From NCBI GenBank assembly GCA_964057225.1, contig OZ059896.1, positions 1,240,001 to 1,304,000 of the forward strand: a stretch of 64,000 nt of DNA. The letters are read 5' to 3'. The position numbers were made by a program, and so were the translations under genes. This document shows positions 39,301 to 53,200 of this stretch, in pieces (position 1 is the stretch's first letter; every line of letters starts with the position of its first letter). Origin of the DNA: Auanema rhodensis (lineage: Eukaryota > Animalia > Nematoda). The notes under the pieces are model-generated. The model was given only the letters and a program-made list of their open reading frames with translations, was not told where the DNA came from and searched no databases.

Positions 39301-42300
39301 GGACAATGTTATTCAACGAAAAAATTAATTCTTCAGGGTGAAAATCGAGGATATAAGTGTGAACTTATATCAGATGATATCTAGGTGCATTTTTAAGCTA
39401 GCGCAAATCTGATAACACAGATCGACGCAGCTTAAAAATCCGCATCGAATGCACTATATTACATTGAGGAAAGCTTAATACAAAAATTAGTTATGATCGT
39501 TTGAAAAATGATGCATTAGTGTATGTTGAGTTTCCATGTACACTCAAAATTGCTTCCAAAAACATTTTGACAAAAATTTTTTCGAAAAATTTCAAAATAA
39601 TTTAGCAAAAAGTAGATGTTTTTAGATTCCTTCTTTCAAGGCAAAAACGATGGACAATGTTATTCAACGAAAAAATTAATTCTTCAGGGTGAAAATCGAG
39701 GATATAAGTGTGAACTTATATCAGTTGATATCTCGGTGCATTTTTAAGCTAGCGCAAATCTGATAACACAGATCGACGCAGCTTAAAAATTCGCATCGAA
39801 TGCATTATACTACATGGAGAAACGCTCATCACAAAAATTAGTTATGATCGTTTGAAAAATGATGCATTAGTGTATGTTGAGTTTCCATGTACACTCAACA
39901 TTGCTTCCAAAAACATTTTGACAAAATTTTTTCGAAAAATTTCAAAATAATTTCGCAAAAAGTAGATGTTTTTAGATTTCTTTTTTTGAGGCAAAAACGA
40001 TGGACAATGTTATTCAACGAAAAAATTAATTCTTCAGGGTGAAAATCGAGGATATAAGTGTGAACTTATATCAGTTAATATCTCGGTGCATTTTTAAGCT
40101 AGCGCAAATCTGATAACACAGATCGACGCAGCTTAAAAGTCCGCATCGAATGCACTATACTACATTAAGAAAAGCTTAATACAAAAATTAGTTATGATCG
40201 TTTGAAAAATGATGCATTAGTGTATGTTGAGTTTCCATGTACACTCAAAATTGCTTCCAAAAACATTTTGACAAAAATTTTTTCGAAAAATTTCAAAATA
40301 ATTTAGCAAAAAGTAGATGTTTTTAGATTCCTTTTTTCAAGGCAAAAACGATGGACAATGTTATTCAACGAAAAAATTAATTCTTCAGGGTGAAAATCGA
40401 GGATATAAATGTGAACTTATATCAGTTGATATCTCGGTGCATTTTTAAGCTAGCGCAAATCTGATAACACAGATCGACGCAGCTTAAAAATCCGCATCGA
40501 ATGCACTATATTACATTGAGGAAAGCTTAATACAAAAATTAGTTATGATTGTTTGAAAAATGATGCATTAGTGTATGTTGAGTTTCCATGTACACTCAAA
40601 ATTGCTTCCAAAAACATTTTGACAAAAATTTTTTCGAAAAATTTCAAAATAATTTAGCAAAAAGTAGATGTTTTTAGATTCCTTCTTTCAAGGCAAAAAC
40701 GATGGACAATGTTATTCAACGAAAAAATTAATTCTTCAGGGTGAAAATCGAGGATATAAGTGTGAACTTATATCAGTTGATATCTCGGTGCATTTTTAAG
40801 CTAGCGCAAATCTGATAACACAGATCGACGCAGCTTAAAAATCCGCATCGAATGCATTATACTACATGGAGAAACGCTCATCACAAAAATTAGTTATGAT
40901 CGTTTGAAAAATGATGCATTAGTGTATGTTGAGTTTCCATGTACACTCAACATTGCTTCCAAAAACATTTTGACAAAATTTTTTCGAAAAATTTCAAAAT
41001 AATTTCGCAAAAAGTAGATGTTTTTAGATTCCTTTTTTTGAGGCAAAAACGATGGACAATGTTATTCAACGAAAAAATTAATTCTTCAGGGTGAAAATCG
41101 AGGATATAAGTGTGAACTTATATCAGTTGATATCTCGGTGCATTTTTAAGCTAGCGCAAATCTGATAACATAGATCGACGCAGCTTAAAAATCCGCATCG
41201 AATGCACTATACTACATGGAGAAACGCTCATCACAAAAATTAGTTATGATCGTTTGAAAAATGATGCATTAGTGTATGTTGAGTTTCCATGTACACTCAA
41301 CATTGCTTCCAAAAACATTTTGACAAAAATTTTTTCGAAAAATTTCAAAATAATTTCGCAAAAAGTAGATGTTTTTAGATTCCTTTTTTTGAGGCAAAAA
41401 CGATGGACAATGTTATTCAACGAAAAAATTAATTCTTCAGGGTGAAAATCGAGGATATAAGTGTGAACTTATATCAGTTGATATCTCGGTGCATTTTTAA
41501 GCTAGCGCAAATCTGATAACATAGATCGACGCAGCTTAAAAATCCGCATCGAATGCACTATACTACATGGAGAAACGCTCATCACAAAAATTAGTTATGA
41601 TCGTTTGAAAAATGATGCATTAGTGTATGTTGAGTTTCCATGTACACTCAACATTGCTTCCAAAAACATTTTGACAAAAATTTTTTCGAAAAATTTCAAA
41701 ATAATTTCGCAAAAAGTAGATGTTTTTAGATTCCTTTTTTCGAGGCAAAAACGATGGACAATGTTATTCAACGAAAAAATTAATTCTTCAGGGTGAAAAT
41801 CGAGGATATAAGTGTGAACTTATATCAGTTGATATCTCGGTGCATTTTTAAGCTAGCGCAAATCTGATAACATAGATCGACGCAGCTTAAAAATCCGCAT
41901 CGAATGCACTATACTACATGGAGAAACGCTCATCACAAAAATTAGTTATGATCGTTTGAAAAATGATGCATTAGTGTATGTTGAGTTTCCATGCACACTC
42001 AACATTGCTTCCAAAAACATTTTGACAAAATTTTTTCGAAAAATTTCAAAATAATTTCGCAAAAAGTAGATGTTTTTAGATTCCTTTTTTTGAGGCAAAA
42101 ACGATGGACAATGTTATTCAACGAAAAAATTAATTCTTCAGGGTGAAAATCGAGGATATAAGTGTGAACTTATATCAGATGATATCTAGGTGCATTTTTA
42201 AGCTAGCGCAAATCTGATAACACAGATCGACGCAGCTTAAAAATCCGCATCGAATGCACTATATTACATTGAGGAAAGCTTAATACAAAAATTAGTTATG

Positions 42301-45300
42301 ATCGTTTGAAAAATGATGCATTAGTGTATGTTGAGTTTCCATGTACACTCAAAATTGCTTCCAAAAACATTTTGACAAAAATTTTTTCGAAAAATTTCAA
42401 AATAATTTAGCAAAAAGTAGATGTTTTTAGATTCCTTCTTTCAAGGCAAAAACGATGGACAATGTTATTCAACGAAAAAATTAATTCTTCAGGGTGAAAA
42501 TCGAGGATATAAGTGTGAACTTATATCAGTTGATATCTCGGTGCATTTTTAAGCTAGCGCAAATCTGATAACACAGATCGACGCAGCTTAAAAATTCGCA
42601 TCGAATGCATTATACTACATGGAGAAACGCTCATCACAAAAATTAGTTATGATCGTTTGAAAAATGATGCATTAGTGTATGTTGAGTTTCCATGTACACT
42701 CAACATTGCTTCCAAAAACATTTTGACAAAATTTTTTCGAAAAATTTCAAAATAATTTCGCAAAAAGTAGATGTTTTTAGATTTCTTTTTTTGAGGCAAA
42801 AACGATGGACAATGTTATTCAACGAAAAAATTAATTCTTCAGGGTGAAAATCGAGGATATAAGTGTGAACTTATATCAGTTAATATCTCGGTGCATTTTT
42901 AAGCTAGCGCAAATCTGATAACACAGATCGACGCAGCTTAAAAGTCCGCATCGAATGCACTATACTACATTAAGAAAAGCTTAATACAAAAATTAGTTAT
43001 GATCGTTTGAAAAATGATGCATTAGTGTATGTTGAGTTTCCATGTACACTCAAAATTGCTTCCAAAAACATTTTGACAAAAATTTTTTCGAAAAATTTCA
43101 AAATAATTTAGCAAAAAGTAGATGTTTTTAGATTCCTTTTTTCAAGGCAAAAACGATGGACAATGTTATTCAACGAAAAAATTAATTCTTCAGGGTGAAA
43201 ATCGAGGATATAAGTGTGAACTTATATCAGTTGATATCTCGGTGCATTTTTAAGCTAGCGCAAATCTGATAACATAGATCGACGCAGCTTAAAAATCCGC
43301 ATCGAATGCACTATACTACATGGAGAAACGCTCATCACAAAAATTAGTTATGATCGTTTGAAAAATGATGCATTAGTGTATGTTGAGTTTCCATGTACAC
43401 TCAACATTGCTTCCAAAAACATTTTGACAAAAATTTTTTCGAAAAATTTCAAAATAATTTAGCAAAAAGTAGATGTTTTTAGATTCCTTCTTTCAAGGCA
43501 AAAACGATGGACAATGTTATTCAACGAAAAAATTAATTCTTCAGGGTGAAAATCGAGGATATAAGTGTGAACTTATATCAGTTGATATCTCGGTGCATTT
43601 TTAAGCTAGCGCAAATCTGATAACATAGATCGACGCAGCTTAAAAATCCGCATCGAATGCACTATACTACATGGAGAAACGCTCATCACAAAAATTAGTT
43701 ATGATCGTTTGAAAAATGATGCATTAGTGTATGTTGAGTTTCCATGCACACTCAACATTGCTTCCAAAAACATTTTGACAAAATTTTTTCGAAAAATTTC
43801 AAAATAATTTCGCAAAAAGTAGATGTTTTTAGATTCCTTTTTTTGAGGCAAAAACGATGGACAATGTTATTCAACGAAAAAATTAATTCTTCAGGGTGAA
43901 AATCGAGGATATAAGTGTGAACTTATATCAGATGATATCTAGGTGCATTTTTAAGCTAGCGCAAATCTGATAACACAGATCGACGCAGCTTAAAAATCCG
44001 CATCGAATGCACTATATTACATTGAGGAAAGCTTAATACAAAAATTAGTTATGATCGTTTGAAAAATGATGCATTAGTGTATGTTGAGTTTCCATGTACA
44101 CTCAAAATTGCTTCCAAAAACATTTTGACAAAAATTTTTTCGAAAAATTTCAAAATAATTTAGCAAAAAGTAGATGTTTTTAGATTCCTTCTTTCAAGGC
44201 AAAAACGATGGACAATGTTATTCAACGAAAAAATTAATTCTTCAGGGTGAAAATCGAGGATATAAGTGTGAACTTATATCAGTTGATATCTCGGTGCATT
44301 TTTAAGCTAGCGCAAATCTGATAACACAGATCGACGCAGCTTAAAAATTCGCATCGAATGCATTATACTACATGGAGAAACGCTCATCACAAAAATTAGT
44401 TATGATCGTTTGAAAAATGATGCATTAGTGTATGTTGAGTTTCCATGTACACTCAACATTGCTTCCAAAAACATTTTGACAAAATTTTTTCGAAAAATTT
44501 CAAAATAATTTCGCAAAAAGTAGATGTTTTTAGATTTCTTTTTTTGAGGCAAAAACGATGGACAATGTTATTCAACGAAAAAATTAATTCTTCAGGGTGA
44601 AAATCGAGGATATAAGTGTGAACTTATATCAGTTAATATCTCGGTGCATTTTTAAGCTAGCGCAAATCTGATAACACAGATCGACGCAGCTTAAAAGTCC
44701 GCATCGAATGCACTATACTACATTAAGAAAAGCTTAATACAAAAATTAGTTATGATCGTTTGAAAAATGATGCATTAGTGTATGTTGAGTTTCCATGTAC
44801 ACTCAAAATTGCTTCCAAAAACATTTTGACAAAAATTTTTTCGAAAAATTTCAAAATAATTTAGCAAAAAGTAGATGTTTTTAGATTCCTTTTTTCAAGG
44901 CAAAAACGATGGACAATGTTATTCAACGAAAAAATTAATTCTTCAGGGTGAAAATCGAGGATATAAATGTGAACTTATATCAGTTGATATCTCGGTGCAT
45001 TTTTAAGCTAGCGCAAATCTGATAACACAGATCGACGCAGCTTAAAAATCCGCATCGAATGCACTATATTACATTGAGGAAAGCTTAATACAAAAATTAG
45101 TTATGATTGTTTGAAAAATGATGCATTAGTGTATGTTGAGTTTCCATGTACACTCAAAATTGCTTCCAAAAACATTTTGACAAAAATTTTTTCGAAAAAT
45201 TTCAAAATAATTTAGCAAAAAGTAGATGTTTTTAGATTCCTTCTTTCAAGGCAAAAACGATGGACAATGTTATTCAACGAAAAAATTAATTCTTCAGGGT

Positions 45301-48300
45301 GAAAATCGAGGATATAAGTGTGAACTTATATCAGTTGATATCTCGGTGCATTTTTAAGCTAGCGCAAATCTGATAACACAGATCGACGCAGCTTAAAAAT
45401 CCGCATCGAATGCATTATACTACATGGAGAAACGCTCATCACAAAAATTAGTTATGATCGTTTGAAAAATGATGCATTAGTGTATGTTGAGTTTCCATGT
45501 ACACTCAACATTGCTTCCAAAAACATTTTGACAAAATTTTTTCGAAAAATTTCAAAATAATTTCGCAAAAAGTAGATGTTTTTAGATTCCTTTTTTTGAG
45601 GCAAAAACGATGGACAATGTTATTCAACGAAAAAATTAATTCTTCAGGGTGAAAATCGAGGATATAAGTGTGAACTTATATCAGTTGATATCTCGGTGCA
45701 TTTTTAAGCTAGCGCAAATCTGATAACATAGATCGACGCAGCTTAAAAATCCGCATCGAATGCACTATACTACATGGAGAAACGCTCATCACAAAAATTA
45801 GTTATGATCGTTTGAAAAATGATGCATTAGTGTATGTTGAGTTTCCATGTACACTCAACATTGCTTCCAAAAACATTTTGACAAAAATTTTTTCGAAAAA
45901 TTTCAAAATAATTTCGCAAAAAGTAGATGTTTTTAGATTCCTTCTTTCAAGGCAAAAACGATGGACAATGTTATTCAACGAAAAAATTAATTCTTCAGGG
46001 TGAAAATCGAGGATATAAGTGTGAACTTATATCAGTTGATATCTCGGTGCATTTTTAAGCTAGCGCAAATCTGATAACACAGATCGACGCAGCTTAAAAA
46101 TCCGCATCGAATGCATTATACTACATGGAGAAACGCTCATCACAAAAATTAGTTATGATCGTTTGAAAAATGATGCATTAGTGTATGTTGAGTTTCCATG
46201 TACACTCAACATTGCTTCCAAAAACATTTTGACAAAATTTTTTCGAAAAATTTCAAAATAATTTCGCAAAAAGTAGATGTTTTTAGATTCCTTTTTTTGA
46301 GGCAAAAACGATGGACAATGTTATTCAACGAAAAAATTAATTCTTCAGGGTGAAAATCGAGGATATAAGTGTGAACTTATATCAGTTGATATCTCGGTGC
46401 ATTTTTAAGCTAGCGCAAATCTGATAACATAGATCGACGCAGCTTAAAAATCCGCATCGAATGCACTATACTACATGGAGAAACGCTCATCACAAAAATT
46501 AGTTATGATCGTTTGAAAAATGATGCATTAGTGTATGTTGAGTTTCCATGTACACTCAACATTGCTTCCAAAAACATTTTGACAAAAATTTTTTCGAAAA
46601 ATTTCAAAATAATTTCGCAAAAAGTAGATGTTTTTAGATTCCTTTTTTTGAGGCAAAAACGATGGACAATGTTATTCAACGAAAAAATTAATTCTTCAGG
46701 GTGAAAATCGAGGATATAAGTGTGAACTTATATCAGTTGATATCTCGGTGCATTTTTAAGCTAGCGCAAATCTGATAACATAGATCGACGCAGCTTAAAA
46801 ATCCGCATCGAATGCACTATACTACATGGAGAAACGCTCATCACAAAAATTAGTTATGATCGTTTGAAAAATGATGCATTAGTGTATGTTGAGTTTCCAT
46901 GCACACTCAACATTGCTTCCAAAAACATTTTGACAAAATTTTTTCGAAAAATTTCAAAATAATTTAGCAAAAAGTAGATGTTTTTAGATTCCTTCTTTCA
47001 AGGCAAAAACGATGGACAATGTTATTCAACGAAAAAATTAATTCTTCAGGGTGAAAATCGAGGATATAAGTGTGAACTTATATCAGATGATATCTAGGTG
47101 CATTTTTAAGCTAGCGCAAATCTGATAACACAGATCGACGCAGCTTAAAAATCCGCATCGAATGCACTATATTACATTGAGGAAAGCTTAATACAAAAAT
47201 TAGTTATGATCGTTTGAAAAATGATGCATTAGTGTATGTTGAGTTTCCATGTACACTCAAAATTGCTTCCAAAAACATTTTGACAAAAATTTTTTCGAAA
47301 AATTTCAAAATAATTTAGCAAAAAGTAGATGTTTTTAGATTCCTTCTTTCAAGGCAAAAACGATGGACAATGTTATTCAACGAAAAAATTAATTCTTCAG
47401 GGTGAAAATCGAGGATATAAGTGTGAACTTATATCAGTTGATATCTCGGTGCATTTTTAAGCTAGCGCAAATCTGATAACATAGATCGACGCAGCTTAAA
47501 AATCCGCATCGAATGCACTATACTACATGGAGAAACGCTCATCACAAAAATTAGTTATGATCGTTTGAAAAATGATGCATTAGTGTATGTTGAGTTTCCA
47601 TGTACACTCAACATTGCTTCCAAAAACATTTTGACAAAAATTTTTTCGAAAAATTTCAAAATAATTTCGCAAAAAGTAGATGTTTTTAGATTCCTTCTTT
47701 CAAGGCAAAAACGATGGACAATGTTATTCAACGAAAAAATTAATTCTTCAGGGTGAAAATCGAGGATATAAGTGTGAACTTATATCAGTTAATATCTCGG
47801 TGCATTTTTAAGCTAGCGCAAATCTGATAACACAGATCGACGCAGCTTAAAAGTCCGCATCGAATGCACTATACTACATTAAGAAAAGCTTAATACAAAA
47901 ATTAGTTATGATCGTTTGAAAAATGATGCATTAGTGTATGTTGAGTTTCCATGTACACTCAAAATTGCTTCCAAAAACATTTTGACAAAATTTTTTCGAA
48001 AAATTTCAAAATAATTTCGCAAAAAGTAGATGTTTTTAGATTCCTTTTTTTGAGGCAAAAACGATGGACAATGTTATTCAACGAAAAAATTAATTCTTCA
48101 GGGTGAAAATCGAGGATATAAGTGTGAACTTATATCAGTTGATATCTCGGTGCATTTTTAAGCTAGCGCAAATCTGATAACACAGATCGACGCAGCTTAA
48201 AAATCCGCATCGAATGCACTATACTACATGGAGAAACGCTCATCACAAAAATTAGTTATGATCGTTTGAAAAATGATGCATTAGTGTATGTTGAGTTTCC

Positions 48301-51300
48301 ATGTACACTCAACATTGCTTCCAAAAACATTTTGACAAAAATTTTTTCGAAAAATTTCAAAATAATTTCGCAAAAAGTAGATGTTTTTAGATTCCTTTTT
48401 TTGAGGCAAAAACGATGGACAATGTTATTCAACGAAAAAATTAATTCTTCAGGGTGAAAATCGAGGGTATAAGTGTGAACTTATATCAGTTGATATCTCG
48501 GTGCATTTTTAAGCTAGCGCAAATCTGATAACATAGATCGACGCAGCTTAAAAATCCGCATCGAATGCACTATACTACATGGAGAAACGCTCATCACAAA
48601 AATTAGTTATGATCGTTTGAAAAATGATGCATTAGTGTATGTTGAGTTTCCATGCACACTCAACATTGCTTCCAAAAACATTTTGACAAAATTTTTTCGA
48701 AAAATTTCAAAATAATTTCGCAAAAAGTAGATGTTTTTAGATTCCTTTTTTTGAGGCAAAAACGATGGACAATGTTATTCAACGAAAAAATTAATTCTTC
48801 AGGGTGAAAATCGAGGATATAAGTGTGAACTTATATCAGATGATATCTAGGTGCATTTTTAAGCTAGCGCAAATCTGATAACACAGATCGACGCAGCTTA
48901 AAAATCCGCATCGAATGCACTATATTACATTGAGGAAAGCTTAATACAAAAATTAGTTATGATCGTTTGAAAAATGATGCATTAGTGTATGTTGAGTTTC
49001 CATGTACACTCAAAATTGCTTCCAAAAACATTTTGACAAAAATTTTTTCGAAAAATTTCAAAATAATTTAGCAAAAAGTAGATGTTTTTAGATTCCTTCT
49101 TTCAAGGCAAAAACGATGGACAATGTTATTCAACGAAAAAATTAATTCTTCAGGGTGAAAATCGAGGATATAAGTGTGAACTTATATCAGTTGATATCTC
49201 GGTGCATTTTTAAGCTAGCGCAAATCTGATAACACAGATCGACGCAGCTTAAAAATTCGCATCGAATGCATTATACTACATGGAGAAACGCTCATCACAA
49301 AAATTAGTTATGATCGTTTGAAAAATGATGCATTAGTGTATGTTGAGTTTCCATGTACACTCAACATTGCTTCCAAAAACATTTTGACAAAATTTTTTCG
49401 AAAAATTTCAAAATAATTTCGCAAAAAGTAGATGTTTTTAGATTCCTTTTTTTGAGGCAAAAACGATGGACAATGTTATTCAACGAAAAAATTAATTCTT
49501 CAGGGTGAAAATCGAGGATATAAGTGTGAACTTATATCAGTTAATATCTCGGTGCATTTTTAAGCTAGCGCAAATCTGATAACACAGATCGACGCAGCTT
49601 AAAAGTCCGCATCGAATGCACTATACTACATTAAGAAAAGCTTAATACAAAAATTAGTTATGATCGTTTGAAAAATGATGCATTAGTGTATGTTGAGTTT
49701 CCATGTACACTCAAAATTGCTTCCAAAAACATTTTGACAAAAATTTTTTCGAAAAATTTCAAAATAATTTAGCAAAAAGTAGATGTTTTTAGATTCCTTT
49801 TTTCAAGGCAAAAACGATGGACAATGTTATTCAACGAAAAAATTAATTCTTCAGGGTGAAAATCGAGGATATAAATGTGAACTTATATCAGTTGATATCT
49901 CGGTGCATTTTTAAGCTAGCGCAAATCTGATAACACAGATCGACGCAGCTTAAAAATCCGCATCGAATGCACTATATTACATTGAGGAAAGCTTAATACA
50001 AAAATTAGTTATGATTGTTTGAAAAATGATGCATTAGTGTATGTTGAGTTTCCATGTACACTCAAAATTGCTTCCAAAAACATTTTGACAAAAATTTTTT
50101 CGAAAAATTTCAAAATAATTTAGCAAAAAGTAGATGTTTTTAGATTCCTTCTTTCAAGGCAAAAACGATGGACAATGTTATTCAACGAAAAAATTAATTC
50201 TTCAGGGTGAAAATCGAGGATATAAGTGTGAACTTATATCAGTTGATATCTCGGTGCATTTTTAAGCTAGCGCAAATCTGATAACACAGATCGACGCAGC
50301 TTAAAAATCCGCATCGAATGCATTATACTACATGGAGAAACCCTCATCACAAAAATTAGTTATGATCGTTTGAAAAATGATGCATTAGTGTATGTTGAGT
50401 TTCCATGTACACTCAACATTGCTTCCAAAAACATTTTGACAAAATTTTTTCGAAAAATTTCAAAATAATTTCGCAAAAAGTAGATGTTTTTAGATTCCTT
50501 TTTTTGAGGCAAAAACGATGGACAATGTTATTCAACGAAAAAATTAATTCTTCAGGGTGAAAATCGAGGATATAAGTGTGAACTTATATCAGTTGATATC
50601 TCGGTGCATTTTTAAGCTAGCGCAAATCTGATAACATAGATCGACGCAGCTTAAAAATCCGCATCGAATGCATTATACTACATGGAGAAACGCTCATCAC
50701 AAAAATTAGTTATGATCGTTTGAAAAATGATGCATTAGTGTATGTTGAGTTTCCATGCACACTCAACATTGCTTCCAAAAACATTTTGACAAAATTTTTT
50801 CGAAAAATTTCAAAATAATTTCGCAAAAAGTAGATGTTTTTAGATTCCTTTTTTTGAGGCAAAAACGATGGACAATGTTATTCAACGAAAAAATTAATTC
50901 TTCAGGGTGAAAATCGAGGATATAAGTGTGAACTTATATCAGATGATATCTAGGTGCATTTTTAAGCTAGCGCAAATCTGATAACACAGATCGACGCAGC
51001 TTAAAAATCCGCATCGAATGCACTATATTACATTGAGGAAAGCTTAATACAAAAATTAGTTATGATCGTTTGAAGAATGATGCATTAGTGTATGTTGAGT
51101 TTCCATGTACACTCAAAATTGCTTCCAAAAACATTTTGACAAAAATTTTTTCGAAAAATTTCAAAATAATTTAGCAAAAAGTAGATGTTTTTAGATTCCT
51201 TCTTTCAAGGCAAAAACGATGGACAATGTTATTCAACGAAAAAATTAATTCTTCAGGGTGAAAATCGAGGATATAAGTGTGAACTTATATCAGTTGATAT

Positions 51301-53200
51301 CTCGGTGCATTTTTAAGCTAGCGCAAATCTGATAACACAGATCGACGCAGCTTAAAAATTCGCATCGAATGCATTATACTACATGGAGAAACGCTCATCA
51401 CAAAAATTAGTTATGATCGTTTGAAAAATGATGCATTAGTGTATGTTGAGTTTCCATGTACACTCAACATTGCTTCCAAAAACATTTTGACAAAATTTTT
51501 TCGAAAAATTTCAAAATAATTTCGCAAAAAGTAGATATTTTAGATTCCTTTTTTTGAGGCAAAAACGATGGACAATGTTATTCAACGAAAAAATTAATTC
51601 TTCAGGGTGAAAATCGAGGATATAAGTGTGAACTTATATCAGTTAATATCTCGGTGCATTTTTAAGCTAGCGCAAATCTGATAACACAGATCGACGCAGC
51701 TTAAAAGTCCGCATCGAATGCACTATACTACATTAAGAAAAGCTTAATACAAAAATTAGTTATGATCGTTTGAAAAATGATGCATTAGTGTATGTTGAGT
51801 TTCCATGTACACTCAAAATTGCTTCCAAAAACATTTTGACAAAAATTTTTTCGAAAAATTTCAAAATAATTTAGCAAAAAGTAGATGTTTTTAGATTCCT
51901 TTTTTCAAGGCAAAAACGATGGACAATGTTATTCAACGAAAAAATTAATTCTTCAGGGTGAAAATCGAGGATATAAATGTGAACTTATATCAGTTGATAT
52001 CTCGGTGCATTTTTAAGCTAGCGCAAATCTGATAACACAGATCGACGCAGCTTAAAAATCCGCATCGAATGCACTATATTACATTGAGGAAAGCTTAATA
52101 CAAAAATTAGTTATGATTGTTTGAAAAATGATGCATTAGTGTATGTTGAGTTTCCATGTACACTCAAAATTGCTTCCAAAAACATTTTGACAAAAATTTT
52201 TTCGAAAAATTTCAAAATAATTTAGCAAAAAGTAGATGTTTTTAGATTCCTTCTTTCAAGGCAAAAACGATGGACAATGTTATTCAACGAAAAAATTAAT
52301 TCTTCAGGGTGAAAATCGAGGATATAAGTGTGAACTTATATCAGTTGATATCTCGGTGCATTTTTAAGCTAGCGCAAATCTGATAACACAGATCGACGCA
52401 GCTTAAAAATCCGCATCGAATGCATTATACTACATGGAGAAACGCTCATCACAAAAATTAGTTATGATCGTTTGAAAAATGATGCATTAGTGTATGTTGA
52501 GTTTCCATGTACACTCAACATTGCTTCCAAAAACATTTTGACAAAATTTTTTCGAAAAATTTCAAAATAATTTCGCAAAAAGTAGATGTTTTTAGATTCC
52601 TTTTTTTGAGGCAAAAACGATGGACAATGTTATTCAACGAAAAAATTAATTCTTCAGGGTGAAAATCGAGGATATAAGTGTGAACTTATATCAGTTAATA
52701 TCTCGGTGCATTTTTAAGCTAGCGCAAATCTGATAACACAGATCGACGCAGCTTAAAAGTCCGCATCGAATGCACTATACTACATTAAGAAAAGCTTAAT
52801 ACAAAAATTAGTTATGATCGTTTGAAAAATGATGCATTAGTGTATGTTGAGTTTCCATGTACACTCAAAATTGCTTCCAAAAACATTTTGACAAAAATTT
52901 TTTCGAAAAATTTCAAAATAATTTAGCAAAAAGTAGATGTTTTTAGATTCCTTTTTTCAAGGCAAAAACGATGGACAATGTTATTCAACGAAAAAATTAA
53001 TTCTTCAGGGTGAAAATCGAGGATATAAATGTGAACTTATATCAGTTGATATCTCGGTGCATTTTTAAGCTAGCGCAAATCTGATAACACAGATCGACGC
53101 AGCTTAAAAATCCGCATCGAATGCACTATATTACATTGAGGAAAGCTTAATACAAAAATTAGTTATGATTGTTTGAAAAATGATGCATTAGTGTATGTTG
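36301..53200. repeat. Array sub-domain B2 (variants CCATGCAC, GATATAAATG, GATTTCTT, AAATTCGC)
   Basis: CCATGCAC occurs at ~37787, 39189, 41994, 43747, 46902, 48656 and 50758. GATATAAATG occurs at ~40409, 44967, 49875, 51977 and 53029. Confidence 0.72.

Noticed and set aside
41240-48602. Recombination hotspot at the TTCGAA palindrome (5A with TTTCGC monomers)
   Set aside because: The nearest flanking alleles on both sides belong to the same class, so a single 1-bp homopolymer slip that later spread is more parsimonious.
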